DNA from: Spirulina sp.
Lineage (GTDB): Bacteria > Cyanobacteriota > Cyanobacteriia > Phormidesmidales > Phormidesmidaceae
Assembly (NCBI GenBank): GCA_044070495.1
Contig: JBIPSI010000004.1
Coordinates: 96,001 to 160,000, forward strand
Length of the DNA: 64,000 bases
Reading direction: 5' to 3'
Shown here piece after piece: positions 30,704 to 40,730 of this stretch (position 1 is the first letter of the stretch; the number at the start of each line of letters is the position of its first letter). The notes under the pieces were generated by a model. The model searched no databases. It was not told where the DNA came from and saw nothing but the letters and a program-made list of their open reading frames with translations. The position numbers and the translations under genes were made by a program.

Positions 30704-31798
30704 TTACCGAGCCACCAAATCAGGAAACACGCCCTGCACTGCCGGATGTACTAGCCGTCCCTTGGCCACGTTTAGCCCCGCCTTCAGCCCCGCATCGGTA
30801 ATCAAGGCCCCCATGCCCTGGTTGGCTAGCTTGAGGACGTAGGGAGCGGTGGCGTTGTTGAGGGCTTGGGTGGCCGTCCAGGGCACGGCACCGGGCATAT
30901 TGGGCACCCCAAAGTGAACCACGCCCGACTCGATGTAGGTGGGCTGGCTGTGGGAGGTGGGCCGCAGGGTTTCAATGCAGCCACCCTGGTCTACGGCCAC
31001 GTCGATAATCACGGAACCGGGCTTCATCTGGGCCACCAGTTCCTTCGACACCAGCAGCGGGGCCTTGCGACCGGGCACCAGCACTGCCCCAATCAACAAA
31101 TCCGCCTGGGGTACGGAGATTTCGATGCGGCGGGGGCTGCTGTAGAGCAGTTCCACCCGTGAACCAAACAGGGTTTCTAGGTAGGAAAGGCGATCGACGT
31201 TGATGTCGATGATTTGCACCCTGGCTCCCATACCGACAGCCATCTTGGCGGCCTCGGTGCCCACTACGCCGCCGCCTAAGATCACCACGCACCCAGGGGC
31301 CACGCCAGGAATGCCCCCTAGCAACACGCCCCGCCCGCCCTGTTGTCGTTCTAAATAACGCGCCCCAAACTGCACCGAAAGCCGTCCGGCAATCACGCTC
31401 ATGGGCGTGAGCAAGGGCAGGCGACCGTCGCCCGTAGTCACCGTTTCGTAGGCGATGGCGGCCTGGATGCCGCTGTTGAGAAGGGCTTCGGTGAGGGCAC
31501 GCTCGGCGGCGAGGTGCAGGTAGGTGAACAAAATCAAATCGGGCCGAAAGTAACCATACTCCGAAGGCAGTGGCTCTTTTACCTTCACCACCAACTCCTG
31601 CGCCCAAGCTTCGGCGGCATCCTCAACTAGGGTGGCCCCCGCTGTTTGGTAGGCTTCATCGGTTAGCCCAGACCCCGCCCCGGCCCCCGCTTGCACCACC
31701 ACCTGATGCCCCTGCTGACACAGGGTATAGACCGTCGCTGGGGTAAGCCCTACCCGAAATTCTTGGTCTTTGATTTCCTTAGGGATTCCGATGCGCAT
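30704..31798 (-). CDS. ald: Alanine dehydrogenase
   Basis: MRIGIPKEIK, FTYLHLA, DVAVDQGG, VPNMPGAVP. Confidence 0.96.
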   Translation of the reverse strand: MRIGIPKEIKDQEFRVGLTPATVYTLCQQGHQVVVQAGAGAGSGLTDEAYQTAGATLVEDAAEAWAQELVVKVKEPLPSEYGYFRPDLILFTYLHLAAERALTEALLNSGIQAAIAYETVTTGDGRLPLLTPMSVIAGRLSVQFGARYLERQQGGRGVLLGGIPGVAPGCVVILGGGVVGTEAAKMAVGMGARVQIIDINVDRLSYLETLFGSRVELLYSSPRRIEISVPQADLLIGAVLVPGRKAPLLVSKELVAQMKPGSVIIDVAVDQGGCIETLRPTSHSQPTYIESGVVHFGVPNMPGAVPWTATQALNNATAPYVLKLANQGMGALITDAGLKAGLNVAKGRLVHPAVQGVFPDLVAR

Positions 31799-32065
31799 GG
31801 TCGTGCCTTTTTTGGGTCGGTGGATGGGTGGCAAAGCGAAGGTGCCTACCCCACATCAGCCAGAATAGGCCAGAACCCAACCCTCTGGGACAATTTCCCC
31901 ACAAACCTTGCCCAAGTTCTCCCCAAGAGGCTAGCGGTTCCCCTCTACCAAGGCCCGAAAGCGCGAATTGTTGCGAATAGAATCAAAGTTGGCAACACAG
32001 ATCCCAGGGTTCTACCCCGCTGTGCCCGACAATTGACTGCCAAACCGCCAAAGAACCCTGGGATC

Positions 32066-33352
32066 TTAGCCCAATGACTCTCCCTCTACCAAGGCCCGAA
32101 AACGCTCATCGTGGCGGATGGGATCAAAGTCGGTGTCGGTTTTGGCCATGGTGCGATATTTGGGGTCTAGGTCAATGGCTTTTTGTAGGTAATCAATCGC
32201 GTTTTCAACATTTCCTTGTAAGCCATAGCAACAGGCTTTGTTGTACCTAGGACTCGGATCGTCGGGCTTGAGGGCGAGGGCTTGGTCATAGGCCGCAATC
32301 GCCGCTTCGTACTGCCCCAAGTTAGCCAGCGAAATCCCTTTGTTGTAGAGCGCTTCGTGTTTGTCGGGCTTGATGGCGAGGGCTTGGTCATAGGCCGCAA
32401 TCGCCGCTTCGTACTGCCCTAAATCATCCAGCGCAACCCCTTTGTTATTGAGCGCTTCGTGGTCATTAGAGTTGATGGCGAGGGCTTGATCATAGGCAGC
32501 GATAGCGGCTTCATTTTGGCCTAGCTTTCGCAGCATAATCCCTTTGTTGTAGAGCGCATTGGGGAAGTTGGGTTTGAGAGTGGTAGCTTTATCAAAACAG
32601 ATCACTGAAGCCGAAAAATCTTGGGTGGAAGCAAAGAGAAGACCCTGTTCAAAATACAGGATCGCGCAGGTTTCCGTAGTTGTTTTAGGTTCATCAATTA
32701 GGGTTTGAATATCAAATAGTCTGGCCTTGCGTTCGTCTTCAGACCAAGTACAGTAAGCGTCGTAATCTGAGGCTTCCATGATGCGTTCAGATTCTTGGGC
32801 TAGGGTATCCGCATCGGAGGCATAGTTTACCAATCCAGATCGCCAATCAAAAAAGTCAGGAGCGCGGTGGATGAGGTATTTAATCGCGTATTGGGGCAAC
32901 AGAAAGACAAAGCAGATGGGGAAACTATCACGAAAGCGTTCCCGTTGTTGGTTGAGATTAATGAGAACGGGGGGCACCTCTCGCCAGGTGTAGGCATTAG
33001 CTTTTTCATCGCTCCAGCCCAGGCGTTTTTTGGTTTCTTCGGCATCAAAGAGAGAGTTCTCTAGACCTTGGATGATGAGTATTTCTACAGGATTGTGCTC
33101 GGCCAAAAAAGTTTGGACACGCTTAAATACGTTGCCGTCGATGATGGGTTTTCCAAACTTGAGAACGGCGATTTTCTTGTCAGTAAGAGCAGTTTGAAGG
33201 CGTTCAATCAGTTTGCCGCCGCTGAAGGGGGAGCATTGCACAAAATAAAGCCCAAACCCCTGGGAACGCCGCAGCCCATTCAGCAAAGCCTGATATTCTT
33301 CGGCGGAGTCAGTTTGGAGGTCTTCGTCCGAATCTAGGAGGTTTAGGGTCAT
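32066..33352 (-). CDS. TPR protein with degenerate P-loop-like N-terminal domain
   Basis: RAPDFFDWRSG; TPRs of type ALYNKG..L..LGQYEAAIAAYDQAL. Confidence 0.85.
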   Translation of the reverse strand: MTLNLLDSDEDLQTDSAEEYQALLNGLRRSQGFGLYFVQCSPFSGGKLIERLQTALTDKKIAVLKFGKPIIDGNVFKRVQTFLAEHNPVEILIIQGLENSLFDAEETKKRLGWSDEKANAYTWREVPPVLINLNQQRERFRDSFPICFVFLLPQYAIKYLIHRAPDFFDWRSGLVNYASDADTLAQESERIMEASDYDAYCTWSEDERKARLFDIQTLIDEPKTTTETCAILYFEQGLLFASTQDFSASVICFDKATTLKPNFPNALYNKGIMLRKLGQNEAAIAAYDQALAINSNDHEALNNKGVALDDLGQYEAAIAAYDQALAIKPDKHEALYNKGISLANLGQYEAAIAAYDQALALKPDDPSPRYNKACCYGLQGNVENAIDYLQKAIDLDPKYRTMAKTDTDFDPIRHDERFRALVEGESLG

Positions 33353-34680
33353 GGCGATAGGGCGCTTTGGGCGGCTTGAAATTCTGGGATCGCTTTAATC
33401 AAAGGATGCACATCGTACCAGCATTGGAGATTGCCGTTGTCGTCTAAAAATCGGTATTCCATCAGGCAGCGGCGAAAGAGTAGGTCGCGGTGATCATCGT
33501 CGTTGTCGATGCTGCGATTTTGGGCCACGTTGGCCAAAATAGGCCACTGATTTTCTTCCACCGTGCGGCGATAGGTATCGCGAGTTTCGGCAATGGCACG
33601 GCGCACCGCCCGCGTGGGGATGGGTAGGCTATTGGTGCGGTTGAGGGCTTCTTTCATCAGCAATAGCAGTTCCCGTACATGGCCGCCGCTGGCCAAACAG
33701 ACCTGATGCAACACTGCGGGCGCTTCAAAAATGTCGGTACCGAGGTTTACGTCAGGAAGAAAGGGCGCAATGCGTCGCCGTAGAATTTCCTGGAGTTTTT
33801 CTAGCCCTGGTTTGTGAATGGTGCCATCGGGCAGTTGCACCATAATCATCGGGAGCAGGTTGGGATTGCCGTAGTTTTCCTTCAGGTCGTTGGCTCGGTT
33901 GGAATACACCATGGCAATGGGGACGGTGTAGATCAGATGGCAGTCTAACCCCTTCAGTTGGTCGCAGCGGTCGAGGAAAATTTCATCGTGGTTGCTGCGG
34001 CCATGATCATCGTAGATCGGCACAATGCGATCTAGGTTGTCGGCGATGACCACCAGCTTGGTTTTACCGGGCGGCAGTTTGCGCTGGCCATCGGCAATAA
34101 ATTCGTTCAGCGCCTTCACCAGGGTAACGGTGTGGGGATTCACCAAATCGCGAATTTTCTTGCGTTCGCTGGGTACGGCCCGAATGTTGGCGGTCATGGA
34201 GGCAAACTGGTTGGCCAACAGATTCACATCCACATTTAAGGACTCTAGCTGAATTTCTGTTTTCCCCAGTTCGTAGAGGGTCTTCAACTGATCCTTAAAC
34301 CAATTGCCGAGGGGGGTGGGGTCGGCCTGGGTGAGGGATTCTAGCAGGTGCCGCGCACAGGCCAGCAAAATGTCGGTGTACTGCACATCCTGGGGGTCAA
34401 TGTCGCCATCCTCGCCCACGGCGGCAAAATAGACCACAAAACAGCCCTTCGCTTCCAAATCCGCCTTCAGACGCAGAAGTTCGGTGGATTTTCCGGCTCC
34501 CCGATGCCCCGCATAGAGCTGACAGGTGTAGCGCTCGGAGCGCAGGATTTCTGGCCCCAAATCCACCAGCACGTTGGCATCGCCCCGTTCGGCCTCGCAG
34601 TCCACATAGACCGGATCCCCTGGCTCTAGGGGCTGGAAGGGGTCAACGGCGTTATAAATGCCAGTGATGATGTCGGTCAT
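33349..34680 (-). CDS. P-loop ATPase (AAA/STAND-like)
   Basis: Walker A GHRGAGKST, Walker B LVVIADNLD, SGGHVRELL; 4-bp overlap with TPR gene. Confidence 0.85.
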   Translation of the reverse strand: MTDIITGIYNAVDPFQPLEPGDPVYVDCEAERGDANVLVDLGPEILRSERYTCQLYAGHRGAGKSTELLRLKADLEAKGCFVVYFAAVGEDGDIDPQDVQYTDILLACARHLLESLTQADPTPLGNWFKDQLKTLYELGKTEIQLESLNVDVNLLANQFASMTANIRAVPSERKKIRDLVNPHTVTLVKALNEFIADGQRKLPPGKTKLVVIADNLDRIVPIYDDHGRSNHDEIFLDRCDQLKGLDCHLIYTVPIAMVYSNRANDLKENYGNPNLLPMIMVQLPDGTIHKPGLEKLQEILRRRIAPFLPDVNLGTDIFEAPAVLHQVCLASGGHVRELLLLMKEALNRTNSLPIPTRAVRRAIAETRDTYRRTVEENQWPILANVAQNRSIDNDDDHRDLLFRRCLMEYRFLDDNGNLQCWYDVHPLIKAIPEFQAAQSALSP

Positions 34681-34836
34681 GGGCGCTACCGCAGGAATGA
34701 TTGTATTGTATCGACTCCTTTGGGGGCTACTCAAGGGAGGGTATGGGCATCACCGCCCCTCTGGGGCTATCGCTGTCCAGAATCTCCTATCCACTAAACT
34801 GAGACATATCCTTAGCTCAGAACAAGCGAGGTTTCC

Positions 34837-35082
34837 ATGGTGTCAGAAGCCGCTTTTCAAGTGAATGCGTTTTGGGATAGCGAGGCAGCGGTTTGGGTCG
34901 CCACCAGCGAGACCGTACCTGGACTGGCGACTGAGGCCACATCCTTCGACGAGCTGCAGCACAAACTTCGCCATCTGATTCCAGAGTTGTTAGTGCTCAA
35001 TCAGGTGATTTCAGGGGATTATAAAGGCCCGATTTCCTTTGAATTAATCACCCATACCCAAGAAACCGTTGAAGTAGCCTAG
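34837..35082 (+). CDS. DUF1902 / HicB-like antitoxin
   Basis: WDSEAAVWVATSETVPGLATEA. Confidence 0.8.
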   Translation: MVSEAAFQVNAFWDSEAAVWVATSETVPGLATEATSFDELQHKLRHLIPELLVLNQVISGDYKGPISFELITHTQETVEVA

Positions 35083-35085
35083 GCT

Positions 35086-35283
35086 ATGGCCAAATCCTTA
35101 ACGCCCAAATTGAAAAAGATTCTTATGGAGTCGGGGTGCTATTTTGAGAGACCTGGGAAGGGCGATCATGACATTTGGTATAGCCCAATCACCCAAAGAC
35201 GGTTTGTTGTGGATAGCGCCATCAAGTCACGCCATACTGCGAATGCCGTATTGAAGCAGGCTGGTTTACCCAAGCAATTTTAG
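35086..35283 (+). CDS. HicA-like toxin
   Basis: GKGDHDIW, SRHTANAVLKQAGL. Confidence 0.82.
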   Translation: MAKSLTPKLKKILMESGCYFERPGKGDHDIWYSPITQRRFVVDSAIKSRHTANAVLKQAGLPKQF

Positions 35284-35451
35284 AGATCAAGTCAGGCTAT
35301 CTGGAATTCTAGCCCCAGGATCGGGTTTCGGCCTGTCAAGCGGTAGGGGGCATTCGCGGCTTAAACCTGCTGGGCTGATGTTGGATCAATCCCCTTAGCC
35401 GCAATGCACCGCCTACCCATCGCAACTTTCTTTTGTCCTTCTGGGATGGGT

Positions 35452-38400
35452 TTAGGCTTCGGCGACCCCGGCGATGTTGTCGTCCGGGAGTTTGTCAATC
35501 AGCTTATGCAGGGGGTCAATGCCCGCCCGGATCGGTGGTTGATCGACCATAATGGTCAGCGAGCTTGCGCCATCGGAGAAGGGGTGTTTTTGCAGGTAGA
35601 TCAGATCGCCCTCGGTGTTGTAAATCCCTACATCAATATCCTCCTGGTTCATGGTCGCTGGGGTTTCGTTGCCCACCTCGTCGGAGCGCACCTTGGCGGT
35701 GTTGACGGTGAGGGTGACATCAAACTTGCCATCAGCGCGGGGGCTGACGGTGGCGGCGGTGATGCGGTTGTCGTAGAGGGTGACGGTCTCGAACAGGTCG
35801 GTGAGGAGGTATTGGTACTTTTCGGGGGTGACGGCCCGGAAGGCGGCGACCAGATCGGTTCCGGTGGGGTAGGGGGGTACGGCGGCGTTATCGCGCAAAA
35901 ACTGGGAGAGGGTTTGGTTGACCAAGGCTTCGCCCAGGTAGTCTTGCAGGGCATACATCACCAGGCCGCCCTTTTGGTAGACCAGGTGGTTGTCGCCTTC
36001 GCCTGCTTCGACGAGGGGCACATCGGATCGGTTGCGGTTTTGCAGGTAGAGGTTCAGGTTGTTTCGCAGGGCGGCCCCCAGCCCGGTGGTGCCAAATTCC
36101 TGGGAGTAGACCTGGTTGGCGGTGTATTCCGCGAGGGATTCCGTCAGCACTCGGTCGCCGGGACGTTGGTTAGAGATGTGGATTTGGTGTCCCCACCACT
36201 GGTGAGCGACTTCGTGGGCGGCGATGTGGAAGGCGGAATCCAGGGTACGGGTGCCGTCGTCCTTCACGTTGGCGAGGAAGACCTGGTTTTCGCCCATGAA
36301 GATCAGTCCGCCGGGATAGCTAATCGCTTCGCTGGCGTAGGGAGTTTCCACAATCCGCAGGGAGGTGTGGGGATAGGGGCCAAACTGTTGGGTGGCGTAG
36401 TCTAGGCCCTGTTTGACTCCGGCGAGGATGCGGTCTAGGTTGCGGTCGTGGTCGGGATGATAGTAAATCTCGATGGGAAGGCCCTGCCAGTCGGCCTTCT
36501 GAGCCGCGTACTGCCCAGAAATAAAGGGCACTTGTTTTTTGATAGGCACCTGGCTTTGGTACTCAAAATAGCGGCGGTTGCCCTCCGTCCAGTCCCGCAC
36601 CTGTTCGCCGGAGGTCAGGATGATTTGGTCAGGCGTAGTGCTGAGGATGGCGGAAAACTGGGCCAGATGGGTATCGGGGTGGTTGGCGTTGACTTGGGCG
36701 GCTCTGGCCTGTTCGGCTGCGGGGTCGATTTGGGGCAAACCCGCCTGCTCTCGCATTTCGGGGCTAATCAAAAACCGCAGCCGATCATTAAAGCCCACCT
36801 GGGGCAGAAACTCGTTGGTGCCAAAGTTAGCCCCGTTATCCACGTAGTCGTCAAATGTGCCGCCCGGATCGTTGGTAAAGCCCTCTGGGGGCTGGCGCAC
36901 CAGGTCAAAGCTGGCCTCGACGGTGCCCCCCGGTGGTAGTGGGGTGGGCAGGGTGAAGGCATAGCCCTGGAACGACGGGTGTTCGATGGGCTGGCCCTCC
37001 GGTGCTCCGGCCAGGGCGAGTTGGTTCATCTGAATAGATTTGAAAACCTGGATCAAGATGGTGTCGATGGGCTGCGGGGTTTGGTTTTCCAGGGTGTAGG
37101 TGCCCTTCACCGCAAAACGGGAATCTTCATCGGGGTAGAGATCGCCCTGGAGGTTAATGGCGGTGATTTTGGGCTGGGCATCCCGCAGGTTGCCGTAGGC
37201 TTGTTCGTAGGCCACCAGTTGGGCCACCCCTTCGCCCCTAGCGGTTCCGGCACCGATCAAGTTGGTGTTGTAGTAGATCCAGCCGCCCAGCAGCAGGGCC
37301 GCCACCGCACTGAGGGCCATTACCATTTGCATGGGGCGGGTAAATCGCTGACGGGCAATGCGCCAGCGCTGTTTGGGTTGGGTATCCACGCCGCGCACCC
37401 AAAACAGGGCGGTGACGCAGATCAACAGCAGGGCAATGGCCAGCCAATAGCCTTGATACCAGCGCACGGGTTCCAGCGTGGCCCCATAGCTACTGAGGTC
37501 GCTGTAGTAGGACTTGGGCCGAAAGCCGTACTGAAGCAGACGGGCGTTCCTAAAGACGACATTCCCCCCCGCCGTAAACAGCACCACCAGCAGCGCCGAC
37601 AGCACATAGCCCAAGAATTTCTGATTCACCAGCACCTGCACCGTCATGGCCAACACGGCAATCAGCAGCAAATCCACCAGGGTGATGGTAAACAGTCCAG
37701 CGCCATAGACCCCCAGGTTGTACTGGGTGTAGCCATTGAAGGTTTGGGCCAGGAGCGCCCCGAACACCAGCAGCGGCAGGGCGAGGAAGAGCATCACCGC
37801 TAGCACCAGCAGCTTGCCCACTACAAAGCTCCAACTGCGGGCGGGCAGGGAATCGACCAGGGGATCGATCTTCACCTCCCGCTCTCGCCAGACCAGATCT
37901 CCGGCCAAAAACACGATCAGCAGGGGCGCAACCAGCCCCAACACCAGGCTCATGCCGTCCACCACGCGGTTTGTCGTGGGCAATAGGCTAGGACTGCCGC
38001 CGCTGGCAAACATCAGCACCAGCAGAAACCCGGTGGCAATCAGGCTGATGGCGAGGATGGCCAGGGTGAGCGGATTCCAGATCAGGCGCTTGAGATCGAG
38101 CTTGGCAATGCGCCATGCATGGTTTACCTGGGCACCGAGCCCATAGTGGGCCTGGGTGGCGGGGGCTGGGTCGAGATCCCGCACCAGGGGAGCCGTTGGG
38201 GCCGCTTCGGCCTGGGGTTTGGCTTTCCAAAAGATCAGCCGATCCTCTGCCCAGGCCAGCAGTTGAACTAAACGACCTGGGGAGCCGGACGCCCCACCGG
38301 AAAAACTAAACTGCCGCCACACCCAAACAAAAAACGCCACACTCAGCGCCAGGTAGAGCAAGCGAGACAGCCAAATCACCGGGGCAAAGGGCACATTCAG

Positions 38401-39192
38401 CGTGTTTTGCTCTACCTTCGTCCAAAGCCGCACCGTATAGTCAATCGGGACTGTCCCTAGGGGGTTGATTAACGCCGCGAAAAACGGCCCCGCCCGCAAC
38501 AGCCCCAGAATGCCTTCCAGGAGAATTTGAGCCAACAGAAGAGCCACAAACCCCAGATAGCCCGCCAGGGAGCGACGGGTAAGCAAGCCCAGCCCAAAGC
38601 TGATCAGTCCAAAAATCACAATATTGGGAATGATCAGGTAAACATAGGGCTGAAGGTAGGTCAATAGGTTGAAGGGGGCCATCCGGGCAGTGGCCATCCA
38701 GGGCAACCCCTCGCCCACTATCAGCCCCAAGCCCAGCCCCAAGGACATCACCAGGATGATCACCGTACTGGCGATGAACCGCCCCGCCCCAAACTGCCAC
38801 TCCTTCAGCGGACTGGTGAACAACAGGCCATCCATGCTGCTGGTGAAATCCTTCGTCGCCCGTTCGGCAAAGATGCCAACGGTCAGCAGAATCACCAGCA
38901 TATTCGCCACCCCAAACACCCTCATAATTTGCAGCGGTGCATTGGCGTAGGGCACCAGTTCCCCCGGTCGTGGGTTCATGCCCATCACCTGTCGGATGGT
39001 CGGGAAGAACAGCAAATCGCTGCCCAAGCCGTGCATAGTCACCAGACCAGCCACCAAGAAAAAGCCAAAACCCAGCAGCAAACTCCGGGTACGCAGGCTG
39101 TCCTGTAGCTCAAAGCGCACAATCTCCCAGACGGGTTGCCAGGGGGAGATGGGGGGATGGGTCGATGGATTGGGGGGAGATTGTGTGGTCAT
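35452..39192 (-). CDS. ABC-2 permease - M1 aminopeptidase fusion
   Basis: Two multi-TM permease blocks followed by a soluble domain with HEVAH...E zinc motif. Confidence 0.85.
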   Translation of the reverse strand: MTTQSPPNPSTHPPISPWQPVWEIVRFELQDSLRTRSLLLGFGFFLVAGLVTMHGLGSDLLFFPTIRQVMGMNPRPGELVPYANAPLQIMRVFGVANMLVILLTVGIFAERATKDFTSSMDGLLFTSPLKEWQFGAGRFIASTVIILVMSLGLGLGLIVGEGLPWMATARMAPFNLLTYLQPYVYLIIPNIVIFGLISFGLGLLTRRSLAGYLGFVALLLAQILLEGILGLLRAGPFFAALINPLGTVPIDYTVRLWTKVEQNTLNVPFAPVIWLSRLLYLALSVAFFVWVWRQFSFSGGASGSPGRLVQLLAWAEDRLIFWKAKPQAEAAPTAPLVRDLDPAPATQAHYGLGAQVNHAWRIAKLDLKRLIWNPLTLAILAISLIATGFLLVLMFASGGSPSLLPTTNRVVDGMSLVLGLVAPLLIVFLAGDLVWREREVKIDPLVDSLPARSWSFVVGKLLVLAVMLFLALPLLVFGALLAQTFNGYTQYNLGVYGAGLFTITLVDLLLIAVLAMTVQVLVNQKFLGYVLSALLVVLFTAGGNVVFRNARLLQYGFRPKSYYSDLSSYGATLEPVRWYQGYWLAIALLLICVTALFWVRGVDTQPKQRWRIARQRFTRPMQMVMALSAVAALLLGGWIYYNTNLIGAGTARGEGVAQLVAYEQAYGNLRDAQPKITAINLQGDLYPDEDSRFAVKGTYTLENQTPQPIDTILIQVFKSIQMNQLALAGAPEGQPIEHPSFQGYAFTLPTPLPPGGTVEASFDLVRQPPEGFTNDPGGTFDDYVDNGANFGTNEFLPQVGFNDRLRFLISPEMREQAGLPQIDPAAEQARAAQVNANHPDTHLAQFSAILSTTPDQIILTSGEQVRDWTEGNRRYFEYQSQVPIKKQVPFISGQYAAQKADWQGLPIEIYYHPDHDRNLDRILAGVKQGLDYATQQFGPYPHTSLRIVETPYASEAISYPGGLIFMGENQVFLANVKDDGTRTLDSAFHIAAHEVAHQWWGHQIHISNQRPGDRVLTESLAEYTANQVYSQEFGTTGLGAALRNNLNLYLQNRNRSDVPLVEAGEGDNHLVYQKGGLVMYALQDYLGEALVNQTLSQFLRDNAAVPPYPTGTDLVAAFRAVTPEKYQYLLTDLFETVTLYDNRITAATVSPRADGKFDVTLTVNTAKVRSDEVGNETPATMNQEDIDVGIYNTEGDLIYLQKHPFSDGASSLTIMVDQPPIRAGIDPLHKLIDKLPDDNIAGVAEA

Positions 39193-39272
39193 AGTCAGGA
39201 ATGGATAGATGGTTGTGGGGGGATCGAGATCCCAGGGTTCTTCAAGAACCCTGGGATCTGGGGGAAGACCGA

Positions 39273-39962
39273 TTAACTGCTGCTGCTACTGGTGCTGGGC
39301 TGGGGCAGTTTGGGAATCAGCCAAGCCAGGAATTGATCCTGGGATCGGGTTTGCACCAAGACTTTCCCTGGCCCGGTGAGATCTACCACAAAGCCCTCGC
39401 CGCTAAACAGAAAAGTTTTCATGCCGCCGATGGATCGGGTTTTGAAGGACATGGATTCGCTCAGGGCCACCAGGTGCCCGGTATCTAGGGTGAAGGATTC
39501 TCCAGGGGCCAAGGTCATCTCGTGGATCGCCCCGTAGGAGGACACCACCACCTGCCCCTGCCCCTCGGCCCGCAGCATAAACAAGCCGCCACCTGTGCCA
39601 AAGAAGGACTTGGAACCGCCCCACTTGGTATCCAGGGTAATGCCGACATCCGAGGCCACGTAGGCCCCCGATTGAATCAGCATCGGCTCGGCTAGGGTCA
39701 ACACATTCAAATCCCCCGGTAGAGAGGGGGCCACCCACACCTCGCCGCCCTGGGCTGGAGCGGTGTAGACATTCTGGAAAAAGCTTTCTCCGCCCAAAAA
39801 GGATCGCTTCAGGGCTTGCATAAAGCCGCCCGTTTTGGTTTCCAGAGTCGTCCCGGCAGACATCCCCACCATCGAGGATGCCTCCACCCGCACCTGTTCC
39901 CCGCCCCGCAGTTGGACACGACCGAGGGTAAAGGCGGGCTGATACATCAATTCAACTTGCAT
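39273..39962 (-). CDS. TIGR00266/AIM24 family protein
   Basis: GGESFF, LDTGHLVA, FSGEGFV..LTGPGKV.VQTR. Confidence 0.85.
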   Translation of the reverse strand: MQVELMYQPAFTLGRVQLRGGEQVRVEASSMVGMSAGTTLETKTGGFMQALKRSFLGGESFFQNVYTAPAQGGEVWVAPSLPGDLNVLTLAEPMLIQSGAYVASDVGITLDTKWGGSKSFFGTGGGLFMLRAEGQGQVVVSSYGAIHEMTLAPGESFTLDTGHLVALSESMSFKTRSIGGMKTFLFSGEGFVVDLTGPGKVLVQTRSQDQFLAWLIPKLPQPSTSSSSS

Positions 39963-40086
39963 GGCGCATCATTCCTGAGGTGAATTGGTCATTGCGATCA
40001 TGGCTGGATTAGCGGAATCAGTAGAATAAGAAACATCAACGTCCCTGAAACGCCCCCTGAAAGACCTCTAAACGGAGAGCATTCGG

Positions 40087-40662
40087 ATGAGCCAAACCGT
40101 TTCCCTTCCCCCCCCGATCACCTTTGAGGACTACTTGGCCCACGACGACGGCACCGACCGCCGCTACGAACTGGTGAATGGAGTTTTAGTAGAGATGCCC
40201 CCTGAACGCGACGAAAACCTTGGTATTGCTAGAACCCTGCTGTTGGAATTGATCAAACATCTCCCGGCGGATCGGGTGGTGTGGGGTACTGAGATAGAAG
40301 TCACAGGCCGACGGGCTACCGCACGAATTCCTGATTTGCTGGTGCATTCCGAAGAATCCAAGGCCGCTGTGGCCAGTGCCCCCCGTGCTACCGTCACCCG
40401 CGATATGCCCCCTCCGGCCTTAGTGGTGGAAGTGGTCAGCCCTGGCCAAGCTAACCGAGAACGGGACTATCGCTACAAACACACCGAGTACGCGGCGCGG
40501 GGCATTGCCGAATACTGGATTGTGGATCCCGAAACCCGCCAAGTAACCCTTTGCCAATGGGTAAGCGGCCAGTACGAAGACCAGGTTTACAGCGGCGATG
40601 AGACCCTTCAATCCACCGTGGTACCTGGGTTTGGGTTAACAACCGCCGCGATTTTTGCATAG
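40087..40662 (+). CDS. Uma2 family endonuclease
   Basis: RYELVNG, RIPDL, VVEVVSP, GIAEYWIVDP. Confidence 0.9.
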   Translation: MSQTVSLPPPITFEDYLAHDDGTDRRYELVNGVLVEMPPERDENLGIARTLLLELIKHLPADRVVWGTEIEVTGRRATARIPDLLVHSEESKAAVASAPRATVTRDMPPPALVVEVVSPGQANRERDYRYKHTEYAARGIAEYWIVDPETRQVTLCQWVSGQYEDQVYSGDETLQSTVVPGFGLTTAAIFA

Positions 40663-40730
40663 CTGGGATTGGGTTGCGCTGGGTTCAGATCCCAGGGTTC
40701 TTCAAGAATCCTGGGATCTCGCTTTGGGGG

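Noticed and set aside
35404..36405. 333-aa plus-strand ORF
   Set aside because: Antisense to the M1 peptidase domain
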